Assembly (NCBI GenBank): GCA_964429995.1
Contig: CAYSDY010000002.1
Span: forward strand, 110,361 to 174,360
Direction: 5' to 3'
DNA: 64,000 nt
From: an uncultured Methanosarcinales archaeon
Lineage (GTDB): Archaea; Nanobdellota; Nanobdellia; Woesearchaeales; UBA583
A program made the translations under genes and the position numbers. Shown here one piece after another: positions 31,286 through 40,645 of this stretch. The notes below the pieces were generated by a model that was not told the origin of the DNA, searched no databases, and worked only from the letters and a program-made list of their open reading frames with translations. Positions within the stretch are counted from its first letter, which is position 1. Each line of letters opens with the position of its first letter.

Positions 31286-34200
31286 AGAATATGATGATTC
31301 CATTAGTGGTTTCAGATTAAATTTTATTGAAGTATATAATTGGGGTTTATTTCATGGAAATGTTCAAAGAATTAATCCTAATAGTAAAAGTTCAATTTTA
31401 TTGGGAGAAAATGGAGCAGGTAAGACAACATTAGTAGATGCAATTCAAACTATATTAGTTCCAAACAAATTAAGAGCATATAATCAATCTTCAGGAGCAG
31501 AGAATAAAAAAGATAGAAATGAGATTACATATATTCAAGGAAAATATGGAGAAATTAAAAATAATGAAACTGATAATAGTATAACTGAACAGTTTCTAAG
31601 AACTGAAAAAGGTGAGATATATTCTGTACTTCTGGCTTCTTTCTCAAATTTAGATAAAAAAGAAATATATACTTTAATTCAAATATTATGGTTTGGAAAA
31701 AATGGAATAAAAAAATTATATATTGTTTCAAATAAAGAATTAACTATTGATAATGATATTAGACCTTTTAATAATGATGCTAAATGGAGAAGAGATTTTC
31801 AAAAAGAATATGAGAAAAATCTAGTTTTATTTGAATTAGATAACTCTGGAAAATATTTTCATTTAATTCAAAAAATATTTGGATTAAGATCTGAAAAAGC
31901 TTTGAGTTTATTTTCAAAAACTATAGGAATAAAAGTTTTAGGTAGTCTAGATGAATTTATTAAGAATGAAATGATTGAAGATTATAACACAGAAGAAGAA
32001 TTTAGAGAATTGCATAAACATTATTTATCTTTATTATCTATTCATAAATCTATTCAAAAAGCGAAAAAACAAATTCTATTGTTAAAACCAATATTTGAAG
32101 AAAATAATGAACTTGAAAAAATAAATACTGAATTAAATAAAGTTCTTTTAATTGAAGAAAATATTGAACTATATTTTCAAAAGATTAAACTGGCAAAATT
32201 AATTGAAAATTCTGAATTAATAAATAAAGAAATTGTTAAAATTAAAATAGAGGTTAATAATATTATAGAAAGAATTAATAAATTTAAATTAAAAGAAAAA
32301 GAATTAGAAACAATGATTAATTCAGATGAACAAGGCAAATTAATAATTAATATTGATTCTCGAATTGAGAGTTTAAAAATAGAACAAAAAAAAGTACATT
32401 TTAAACATCAATCTTATATAGAACTTTGTGATCTTGTTGGAATAAATATTAATAATCTAAATGAAGAAAAATTTATTATTAATAATAATAAAATAAAACA
32501 AGAAATTGTTTTAGTAAATTCAGAATATGAGAAGAAAAAAGAAGAATGGGCTGATAAAAGAAATGAAGTTGAAAATTTAAGTACAAATATTAAAGATATT
32601 AGTGAAGAATTAAGTTCATTAGAAAACAGAAAAAACAAAATTGATTATAATTTGATAAAAGTTAGACATAAAATAATAACAGAATTAGGATTAAAAGAAT
32701 TAGAAATACCATTTGTTGGAGAATTAATTAAAGTAAAAGATTCGGAAAAAGATTGGGAGAAAGCAATTGAAATTGCATTAAGAAGTTTTGCTTTAAAACT
32801 AATAGTTCCTGAGAAACATTATTCAAAAGTAAATAAATATATAAAAACAACATTTTTAAACGAAAAAATTTCATATTACAAAGTTAATGATAATTTTATA
32901 ACTAATATTGAAGAACATGATAAAACTAAGTTTTTAATAAATAAAGTTGAAATCAAGGATGATACGCAATATTTTAATTGGATAAAATATAATATTTCTA
33001 GATACTATAATTACATTTGTACTGAAAATTTAGAAGAATTTGAGAAAGAGGATAAGGCAATAACTAAAGAAGGATTATTAAGAGATTATAATAAACATCA
33101 AAAAGATGACCGTAAAAATTTATTTGATAAAAGTAAATTTATATTGGGATGGAATAATGAAGATTTACTTAAAATTAAAAAAAACGAATTAGAATTTATA
33201 CGGAACCAACAAAAATTATTGAAAAGTGAAGAAATTGATTTTAAGAATCAATTATTAGCATTGGAAAATAAAAAAGAAACATTAAACGATTTAATTAAAT
33301 ATGATAATTATGAAATAGTTGATTTTAATTCAATTCTTATTGAGATTAGTAATTTAGAAAAAAATAAATTAAAAGTACAAAAGAATAATTCGAAAATAGA
33401 TGATTTTCAAAATCAATTAGAAAAAACTAAAGAAAAAATTGAAATAAATGATAAAAATAGAATAGATAAATTAAGTAAACAAAAGAACTTTGAAGATAAT
33501 TTAAATTTAATAAATGAAAAAATTGAATCAATTAAAATAATAGTTGAAAATTCTAAGTTAAATTTTGATATAGAAAAACTAATTGAAGAATTTTTAGAGA
33601 TTAATATTCTCAATTGGAATTTAAATAATTTTGAATCAAATCAAAGATTTGAAGAAAAGAAAATACAGCATTTAAAAGAAAAATTAAGAGAAGAAATAGA
33701 TAATAAATCTAAAAAAATTTTAGAATTAATGTCTGAATATAGAAATCCTAAAGATCAAAAAATACATGAGGATTTTCCAGAATGGATTGGTGAAAATAGT
33801 TTTCTTTCGATTAAAGTTGATTATTTATATGAATATATTGATAAATATAAAAAAATTGAATGTGAAGAATTGCCTGATGCAGAAGAACAATTTGAGAGAA
33901 TATTTGAAGAATCTATAATCTTTAAAATGGCTGATTTTCAAGAAGAATTGGAAAAAAGAAGAAAAAAAATAATAGAGAGTATTAGAGAATTAAATTTATC
34001 ATTAGAAAAAATAGATTTTACTTCATTTCCACAAACTTATATTAAAATAAATGAAGAGACAACCAACAATGAGTATATAAAAAAATTTAGAGAAGAACTT
34101 AGAGATTGGAAACCTAATGCAGGAGGTTTAAGTAGAGGTTACAATAAAGATGCATATGAAGAAAGCTTTAATAAAATTAAAATGTTAATAAATAAATTAT

Positions 34201-34664
34201 CAACTAATGATAATTATAGAAAATTTGTTATGAATGTTAAAAATTGGTTTACATTTTCAGTAAATGAATATTGTAGAGATGATAATTATTTAAGAAGGGT
34301 ATATCAAAGTACTAGTGAACTTTCAGGAGGAGAGAAAGCTCAATTAACATATGCAATATTAGGAGCTTCATTATCATATCAATTTAACATTGAGAAAGGT
34401 ATTAAATCTCAAAATTCATTTCGTTTTGTAATAGTAGATGAAGCATTTAGTAAACTTGATAATATTAAATCTAAATATTTGATGGAATTAATTAAAAAAT
34501 TACATTTACAAGTTTTAATAGTTACTCCTAATGAAAAGATGCATGTCGCTCAAGATTATGTTCAAAATGTTCATTATATAAATAAAAATGATAATATTTC
34601 CACTATAATGAATATGCCATATATTGAATTTGATAAATTAATAAATAAAAATGAAAATCTCTGA
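31269..34664 (+). CDS. jetC: Wadjet JetC (SMC/MukB-like ATPase)
   Basis: YNWGLF, GENGAGKTT, long coiled coils, PFVGELI, LSGGEK, VDEAFSKLD. Confidence 0.9.
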   Translation: MELKIKEYDDSISGFRLNFIEVYNWGLFHGNVQRINPNSKSSILLGENGAGKTTLVDAIQTILVPNKLRAYNQSSGAENKKDRNEITYIQGKYGEIKNNETDNSITEQFLRTEKGEIYSVLLASFSNLDKKEIYTLIQILWFGKNGIKKLYIVSNKELTIDNDIRPFNNDAKWRRDFQKEYEKNLVLFELDNSGKYFHLIQKIFGLRSEKALSLFSKTIGIKVLGSLDEFIKNEMIEDYNTEEEFRELHKHYLSLLSIHKSIQKAKKQILLLKPIFEENNELEKINTELNKVLLIEENIELYFQKIKLAKLIENSELINKEIVKIKIEVNNIIERINKFKLKEKELETMINSDEQGKLIINIDSRIESLKIEQKKVHFKHQSYIELCDLVGININNLNEEKFIINNNKIKQEIVLVNSEYEKKKEEWADKRNEVENLSTNIKDISEELSSLENRKNKIDYNLIKVRHKIITELGLKELEIPFVGELIKVKDSEKDWEKAIEIALRSFALKLIVPEKHYSKVNKYIKTTFLNEKISYYKVNDNFITNIEEHDKTKFLINKVEIKDDTQYFNWIKYNISRYYNYICTENLEEFEKEDKAITKEGLLRDYNKHQKDDRKNLFDKSKFILGWNNEDLLKIKKNELEFIRNQQKLLKSEEIDFKNQLLALENKKETLNDLIKYDNYEIVDFNSILIEISNLEKNKLKVQKNNSKIDDFQNQLEKTKEKIEINDKNRIDKLSKQKNFEDNLNLINEKIESIKIIVENSKLNFDIEKLIEEFLEINILNWNLNNFESNQRFEEKKIQHLKEKLREEIDNKSKKILELMSEYRNPKDQKIHEDFPEWIGENSFLSIKVDYLYEYIDKYKKIECEELPDAEEQFERIFEESIIFKMADFQEELEKRRKKIIESIRELNLSLEKIDFTSFPQTYIKINEETTNNEYIKKFREELRDWKPNAGGLSRGYNKDAYEESFNKIKMLINKLSTNDNYRKFVMNVKNWFTFSVNEYCRDDNYLRRVYQSTSELSGGEKAQLTYAILGASLSYQFNIEKGIKSQNSFRFVIVDEAFSKLDNIKSKYLMELIKKLHLQVLIVTPNEKMHVAQDYVQNVHYINKNDNISTIMNMPYIEFDKLINKNENL

Positions 34665-35805
34665 GAAAATAATTAATACTAGTAAGAATAAATATTTGGA
34701 CTTTTTAAAAAGTATTATATTAAAAGATGAGAATTTTTTCCCATTAAGATTAAGAATAAAATTGCCACATCCAAAAAATAATTATTTAGAATTTTATGAG
34801 ACAATGAAGGAAATAAATTCCAAATCAAAAGAATCAATAAAATATGGTTATTTAATTTCTTTTAATCCTGGAATAAAAACTAGAGATGCAGGGACTCAAG
34901 ATATTCCTAATTCAGTTTTTTTTGAATCTGAAAAAGATTATTTATCATTTTTAAATAAAGAACAGGAAGTTAATCAATTTAAAAAAGATTTTAAGTTAAT
35001 TTTAACAAAGTATCCTGAATTGAAATCATGGATTGAAAGATTTCCAATTAAAATAATTAATTCAGCAGGATTATGGCATGATATATTGAAGGTCTGTGAT
35101 TATTTTTATTTGAACCCTAAACCTAATTTATATATTAGGGAATTGCCAATACAAGTTCATACTAAATTTATTGAAAATAATGAAGCAATAATTAGAGAAT
35201 TGTTAGACATATTAATTAGTAATGAAATTAACTCTTTAGAATTTGATTTTAAAAAAAGATTTAACTTAAAGTATGATCAATTTTTAATCAGAGTTAAAGT
35301 TTTGGATAAGAACATACTTTTGAAAAATAATTTGAATAACTCTTTTTTAGATTTTAGTTTACCACTAGATTTATTTGAGAAATTAAATTTAAATGTTGAT
35401 AAAGTATTTATTGTTGAAAATAAGATGAATTTTTTAACTTTCCCAAATATTGAAAATTCAATAATCATATCAGGTTCAGGGAATGGAGTCAATATTTTAA
35501 AGAATTCTTCTTGGCTTAATGAAAAACAAATTTATTATTGGGGTGATATAGATTCTCATGGTTTTGCAATTCTTTCAAGTTTTAAAAAATATTTCTCAAA
35601 TATAAAATCATTATTTATGGATTTTAAAACATATGATACATTTAAAGAGTTTGAAGTAAAAGGAGAAAAAACAGTTCAAGAAACTTTTTCTAATTTAACT
35701 GATGAAGAATTAAAAGTATTTAATTATGTTCATAGTAATAATTTAAGATTAGAGCAAGAAAGAATTTCTCAAGAATATATTATTAATAATTTGAAAAATG
35801 AATAA
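34651..35805 (+). CDS. jetD: Wadjet JetD (TOPRIM nuclease)
   Basis: YIRELPIQVHTKFIE, IVENK, YWGDIDSHGF, RLEQE. Confidence 0.9.
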   Translation: MKISEKIINTSKNKYLDFLKSIILKDENFFPLRLRIKLPHPKNNYLEFYETMKEINSKSKESIKYGYLISFNPGIKTRDAGTQDIPNSVFFESEKDYLSFLNKEQEVNQFKKDFKLILTKYPELKSWIERFPIKIINSAGLWHDILKVCDYFYLNPKPNLYIRELPIQVHTKFIENNEAIIRELLDILISNEINSLEFDFKKRFNLKYDQFLIRVKVLDKNILLKNNLNNSFLDFSLPLDLFEKLNLNVDKVFIVENKMNFLTFPNIENSIIISGSGNGVNILKNSSWLNEKQIYYWGDIDSHGFAILSSFKKYFSNIKSLFMDFKTYDTFKEFEVKGEKTVQETFSNLTDEELKVFNYVHSNNLRLEQERISQEYIINNLKNE

Positions 35806-36958
35806 ACAACAACTATACCTAAAAAAGATTGAAAATGATGTTAATGAGAAAATATATGATTTGTTAATTCAACATCTAAAAGATGTTCATAAAGTACTTC
35901 CTAGAACTGATGATAATAAAGATTATTTAAGAGAGTTAAATAAACATCTATTCAAAGCATTAGAAGATTTAAAACAAACAAATAGATTTAACTACTTACA
36001 AAACTATAGACACTCAATTCTTATTATAAATACTATTCTTAGCTATAAACCTGATGAGAAACATCTAAAAGAAGTTAAGCTTTCAATATTAAATAGATTT
36101 TCCTCAGATATTATTTACGATAAAAAAGAGAAGATTCCATTAAAGTCTCAAATGACTGAACTTAGAATTACTTATGATACTAGCTATTTAATCTATCTTT
36201 TAGAAAAAGTTTTCATACCAAAAGAGATGTGGGATAAGGCAATGTATTGTTTAATTGCAATAGAATTAGTAGAACCAGATCATAACGATATTGATAAATT
36301 TAAAGAAATAATCACAAAACATCTAAAAAAAGAAGAATTAAAATATAAAGAATTTGAAGAACCTAAAGACTATATTATTCTTTTAGATACAAATATTATT
36401 TTAAATAAAGTATTATATGATGTTGGAGAATATAAAATATCTCATAACAAATTAGAAGAGTATAACTCTTTGATGGAAAAATGGGGAAATAACAATAAGT
36501 TTGTAATAACTAACTCTATAAAAGAAGAGTTAGACAAACAAATTAAATTTTCAATTGATACAGTAAACGATGTTTGTTCTAAGTTTAAACATTTTAATAA
36601 AAATGAAATTATTACAACACTTGAAAAGAGGTTTAATAATTTAATAAAAAAATATGCAATTGCAATAGAAGATAAACAATATGATTTAACAAATATTGAA
36701 AAATTCTACTCAAATTACTTAGGAAACTTATATGAAATAACTTTAGATAAAATCGAAAACAAGAAGTTATCTAAAAAATTAAAAAAACTCTCAGATAGGG
36801 AAGGTTTGCTTCCAGAAATAGGAGATCTGAAACTTTTAGCAGATGCAATTGAACTTAAGAAATCTAATTCAAAGGTAGCAATACTTTCAAATGATAAAGA
36901 CTTGTATTTATTTAATGAACAATTAGAAAAAGAATTTGGAATAAGAATTTACAAATAG
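35798..36958 (+). CDS. PIN-domain protein with helical N-terminal region
   Basis: ILLDTNII, EEL, GDLKLLADA, ILSNDKD acidic PIN motifs; overlaps the jetD stop. Confidence 0.7.
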   Translation: MNKQQLYLKKIENDVNEKIYDLLIQHLKDVHKVLPRTDDNKDYLRELNKHLFKALEDLKQTNRFNYLQNYRHSILIINTILSYKPDEKHLKEVKLSILNRFSSDIIYDKKEKIPLKSQMTELRITYDTSYLIYLLEKVFIPKEMWDKAMYCLIAIELVEPDHNDIDKFKEIITKHLKKEELKYKEFEEPKDYIILLDTNIILNKVLYDVGEYKISHNKLEEYNSLMEKWGNNNKFVITNSIKEELDKQIKFSIDTVNDVCSKFKHFNKNEIITTLEKRFNNLIKKYAIAIEDKQYDLTNIEKFYSNYLGNLYEITLDKIENKKLSKKLKKLSDREGLLPEIGDLKLLADAIELKKSNSKVAILSNDKDLYLFNEQLEKEFGIRIYK

Positions 36959-36961
36959 GAT

Positions 36962-37144
36962 TCAAAACTCTAACAAATAACAACCTAAAGCACTTTTACC
37001 AATAATTGTGCATTCTAAAAATTTCTTTTTTAGTAAGTCTGGATTTATTCCCTTAGCAGAAACTCTAAAACTTTCAAATTTATCATTTAAGAGAAATTTT
37101 CCTCTCTTCTCAGATTCAAATTCCACATATCTTGTCGTTTTCAT
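36962..37144 (-). CDS. Small hypothetical protein (60 aa)
   Basis: MKTTRYVEFESEKRGK...; downstream of and co-oriented with the integrase. Confidence 0.4.
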   Translation of the reverse strand: MKTTRYVEFESEKRGKFLLNDKFESFRVSAKGINPDLLKKKFLECTIIGKSALGCYLLEF

Positions 37145-37282
37145 AATATTTCTAAAAATTTGGTTATTTTTAACACTTTGCAAAGACCATCAACCTAAAT
37201 TTGAGCCACTTATAGCCAAGATAATGAGAGAAATATTTCAGAACAAGTCTTAGTCTTAAAATGTCAAAAAAGTCTTCAAATA

Positions 37283-38326
37283 TCAATGTTTAATCACCTC
37301 TAACACTTTTTCATATTCTTTTACTGCAATCTCTTTTTTGTTTAAATAATGAGTCATTCCAACATTTTTTGAAGTTGACCTTCCAGATATGAAGTTTGCT
37401 ATTTCAATTGCAACTCCTGCTTTAACCATTAAAGTAAATGAATACTTTCTTAGATATTTTAAATGAACTATTTTCTTATTATCTTGAGTATGATCTACAA
37501 ATCTATTGAAGTATGTTTTATCAAATTTGCCAATATGTTTTTTTAATTCATTATATAATTCTAATGTGAAGAATAAATAATAAGATGATTTCTGACCTCT
37601 TAAATAGAAATTATTGTAAGTAACTATGCCGTTTTCATGTATTTCTATGTTTTTTTCATCAAAATTTTCAAAGAAATGTTTAACTTCTGTTGTCCTAGCT
37701 GTTGTTTCAATATAGAATCTATATAATAAATAATGTAATCGATCATACTTAGAGACTTCTTTTACAGAGTTTTTAATTTCCAAACATGTTGGAATATAAG
37801 TATCAATATGAACTTCATTGTGAATTTTAATTCTTCTTCGGATATTTTCAATTATATCTAAGTCTAATATATCAAACTCTTCTAAGTAATTCAGCCATAC
37901 TCTAATTGCAACTCCTCCTTGTCTTTTGTTAATTTTTTCAAGAGCAATAGCATTTTTAATCTCTTCAATAGTATTAACACCAATCTCTTCAAACAATTTA
38001 GTTAGACAATTAAAAACAGATACTGCGTAAGTTCTTGTGAACTTTTTTAAAGTATATACTTTATATTCATTTTTTGTCTTAAAGTATATACTTTTTAATT
38101 TTATAAAATTTTGATTTTTTGGCGTAAAATTTTCTAGATTTCGAGAAATTTGCTGTTGATTAGAAATTTGAGAGGAGGCGTATTTGCCCCCTAGAGACGC
38201 CAAGACAGGGATTTGAACCCTGAATTCCGAAGGAACTACATTAGCAGTGTAGCGCAATACCGAGTTATGCGATCTTGGCATTAGGTCTCTTTTTTTAGTC
38301 GCCGCCGGATTAGCAGTGCTGCGCAA
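37283..38326 (-). CDS. Tyrosine integrase (SSV1-C-like) whose reading frame runs through tRNA-Ser; true start uncertain
   Basis: TARTTE, KYLRKY, ISGR, THYL motifs; the N-terminal MPRSHNS...QIPVLA is the translated tRNA. Confidence 0.8.
   Translation of the reverse strand: MRSTANPAATKKRDLMPRSHNSVLRYTANVVPSEFRVQIPVLASLGGKYASSQISNQQQISRNLENFTPKNQNFIKLKSIYFKTKNEYKVYTLKKFTRTYAVSVFNCLTKLFEEIGVNTIEEIKNAIALEKINKRQGGVAIRVWLNYLEEFDILDLDIIENIRRRIKIHNEVHIDTYIPTCLEIKNSVKEVSKYDRLHYLLYRFYIETTARTTEVKHFFENFDEKNIEIHENGIVTYNNFYLRGQKSSYYLFFTLELYNELKKHIGKFDKTYFNRFVDHTQDNKKIVHLKYLRKYSFTLMVKAGVAIEIANFISGRSTSKNVGMTHYLNKKEIAVKEYEKVLEVIKH
38198..38279 (-). tRNA. tRNA-Ser(GCT)
   Basis: Acceptor GCCAAGA/TCTTGGC + G73; anticodon arm CTACA-CTGCTAA-TGTAG; variable arm TTCC-TTC-GGAA; T arm CAGGG-TTCAAAT-CCCTG. 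No encoded CCA. Confidence 0.95.
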
Positions 38327-38348
38327 TACCGAGTTATGCGACCTTGGC
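38310..38348 (-). tRNA. 5' half of a second tRNA-Ser(GCT), ending at the anticodon loop
   Basis: GCCAAGGTCGCATAACTCGGTATTGCGCAGCACTGCTAA; 3 differences from the full copy; followed by TCCGGCGGCGAC rather than a 3' half. Confidence 0.8.
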
Positions 38349-38447
38349 TTTATAATATTTGTTTATAGTATTTCATTTATAATATTTTTGTTTTTGTTTT
38401 ATGGATAAATCTAAAGTTTTATAAATGAGATTTATTTTCCTTTTATT

Positions 38448-38615
38448 ATGGCTGATATTAAATATGATGAGTATGGAAATAAACTTGTCAATGATTTTGG
38501 AAGTGTAACATTTAAATGTCCAAAATGTGGAGAAGTTGAAATTTCAAGAAGCAGAAAAGCAAGAGAACTTGTAAAAGAGTATACTTGTCCTAAATGTGGA
38601 TTTATAGGTCCTTAA
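38448..38615 (+). CDS. Small Zn-ribbon protein (DUF1610/HVO_2753-like)
   Basis: Manual translation, 55 aa: ...VTFKCPKCGEVEISRSRKARELVKEYTCPKCGFIGP. Confidence 0.85.
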   Translation: MADIKYDEYGNKLVNDFGSVTFKCPKCGEVEISRSRKARELVKEYTCPKCGFIGP

Positions 38616-38628
38616 ATATTTTTTTCAA

Positions 38629-39279
38629 ATGGTTGTAAAGAAAGATTCTTTTTTTAGCAAACCTTATGTGTTGTTATCTTTGTTTTTGTTGATTTTATGT
38701 GTTTTATCTCTTTGGTTTGTATTTTCTCAAATTAGCAATTTAAATGTAAAAATGGAAAAAAATGATAATTATGAAAGTAATCCTACTGTTGTTTTTGATA
38801 CAAATTTTGGTATTATAAAGCTTGAGGTTTTTTTGAATGAAAGTCCAGTTACAGCAGGTAATTTTATTAATCTTGTAAAAACTGGTTTTTATGATGGAGT
38901 TAAATTTCATAGGGTTATTAATGGTTTTATGATTCAATCAGGTGATCCTTTGTCTAAGAATGACTCTTTGAAGAGCAGATGGGGAACTGGTGGAAGTGAA
39001 AATATAGAAGATGAATTTATAAGTGGACTTTCAAATGTTAGAGGAACTATTGCTATGGCAAATACTGGTAAAAAAAATAGTGGATCTTCTCAATTTTTTA
39101 TAAATCTTGTAAATAATACAGGTCTTGATTGGGATAAGGAACCTTTAACAAGTAAACATCCAGTTTTTGGAAAAGTTATTGAAGGAATGGATGTTGTTGA
39201 TAAGATTGCACTTGTAAGTACTGGTTCAGGCAATATGCCTTTAAATCCGGTTATTATTCAAAAAGCTTATATTGATTAA
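38629..39279 (+). CDS. Cyclophilin-type peptidyl-prolyl isomerase with N-terminal TM
   Basis: FYDGVKFHRVINGFMIQSGDP, GTIAMAN, SQFFIN, HPVFGKV. Confidence 0.95.
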   Translation: MVVKKDSFFSKPYVLLSLFLLILCVLSLWFVFSQISNLNVKMEKNDNYESNPTVVFDTNFGIIKLEVFLNESPVTAGNFINLVKTGFYDGVKFHRVINGFMIQSGDPLSKNDSLKSRWGTGGSENIEDEFISGLSNVRGTIAMANTGKKNSGSSQFFINLVNNTGLDWDKEPLTSKHPVFGKVIEGMDVVDKIALVSTGSGNMPLNPVIIQKAYID

Positions 39280-39294
39280 TTTATTTTATTTTTT

Positions 39295-40299
39295 ATGAAT
39301 TCTAGTGAAAAATTAAGTTTACCTGAAAATATTGTTTCTGAATTGAAAAAAAAGCAGTATGGAGTGTATAATCATTCTGCTGTTCAGATATGCACATGGA
39401 ATAAAAAAGCCCTTATTGAAGGGGGAACATGTTATAAAGAGAAGTTTTATGGTGTTGATTGTCATTCATGCATGCAGTTTTCTCCTGTTGCTATGTGGTG
39501 TCAGCAGAATTGTACTTTTTGCTGGAGACCAATGGAGTATATGAAAAATATAACTATAAAGTATGATGATGTTGATGCTCCAAATCAAATTGTTGATAAT
39601 CTTGTTGTTTTAAGACAAAAGCTTGTTTCTGGTTTTAAAGGAAATTCTAAAATAAGTATGGAAAAATGGAATGAATCTTTAGTACCAACACATTATGCAA
39701 TTTCACTTTCAGGAGAACCTACATTATATCCTAGACTTAATGAGATGGTAATGTATCTTAAATCTTTAGAAAGAACTAAAACAATTTTTATAGTTTCAAA
39801 TGGCCAGGAACCTGAATATTTTAAAAACCTTATAAATGATGAAAAATCAATGCCAACACAACTTTATCTTTCAATAGATGCACCTACCAAAGCTCTTTTT
39901 AAGAAGATAAATTGTCCTGTTTATCCTGATGGCTGGGAAAGACTTAACATGACTTTATCTTATTTTAGCAAGATTAAAACAAGAAGGGTTTTTAGGATGA
40001 CACAGATTAAAGGGCTTAATGATGTTGATGAACTTATTGATGATTATAATAAAATGATTGAACTTGGAAAACCTGATATAATAGAGGTTAAGGCATATAT
40101 GCATATTGGTTGTAGTAGGAATAGACATACTAAGGATCAAATGCCTTTTCTGGATGATGTTGAGCGGTTTGCAAGAAAACTTGAAGCTTCTAATCCTAAT
40201 TATACTATAATGGATGTTATGGAAGAATCAAGAATAGTTGTAATGTTAAGAATTGATTCTGCGTATACTCTAAAAATTCAAAAGTATGAAAATCAGTAA
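39295..40299 (+). CDS. taw1: 4-demethylwyosine synthase (radical SAM)
   Basis: HSAVQICTW, CYKEKFYG, CQQNCTFCWRP, SLSGEPTLY, EVKAYM. Confidence 0.93.
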   Translation: MNSSEKLSLPENIVSELKKKQYGVYNHSAVQICTWNKKALIEGGTCYKEKFYGVDCHSCMQFSPVAMWCQQNCTFCWRPMEYMKNITIKYDDVDAPNQIVDNLVVLRQKLVSGFKGNSKISMEKWNESLVPTHYAISLSGEPTLYPRLNEMVMYLKSLERTKTIFIVSNGQEPEYFKNLINDEKSMPTQLYLSIDAPTKALFKKINCPVYPDGWERLNMTLSYFSKIKTRRVFRMTQIKGLNDVDELIDDYNKMIELGKPDIIEVKAYMHIGCSRNRHTKDQMPFLDDVERFARKLEASNPNYTIMDVMEESRIVVMLRIDSAYTLKIQKYENQ

Positions 40300-40401
40300 T
40301 TAGAGTATATGTTATTGAGAATTTTGAAAAACCCTAAAATTCTCAGAAGAGTGTTATCAAAAAACTCTTATAAGTCCTAATGGAACAAGTTCAATTCTAA
40401 A

Positions 40402-40540
40402 TTTATTCCTTTGAATACTCCACTGCTCTGTGCTTTAATATTCAAAGGAATGATCAAAAATTGCAATAAAAAAAATTGAGTGATAAATACCCCATCATTT
40501 ATTCATAGGAATAACTCAAATTTTGTAATTTTTGTTTTAT
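40402..40540. repeat. Dispersed repeat of about 125-140 bp, copy 1
   Basis: attcctttgaata...tattcaaaggaat hairpin followed by tgagtgataaataccccatcatttat...; similar to 45645-45768. Confidence 0.8.
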
Positions 40541-40645
40541 AGGTTTTTTACAACCCTCTATTAAAAATTAATTTTAAAAATATGTTATATTTTTACTGTT
40601 AAGTTTAAACATTTATTTAAAATATTTTTTTATACTTTCTTATCT

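Larger units (their letters stand above)
10821..38348. mobile_element. Integrated defence island(s) anchored at tRNA-Ser(GCT); left boundary uncertain and may extend to about 5650 or beyond the window start
   Basis: Integrases at both ends, tRNA at the right end, defence cargo. Visible style change to the core genes after 38.4 kb (TTA-rich versus more CTT/GTT codons; impression, not computed). Confidence 0.7.

Noticed and set aside
38125..38170. agaaatttg short repeats beside the tRNA as integrase arm sites
   Set aside because: Short and AT-rich; cannot be distinguished from background without the partner att site.
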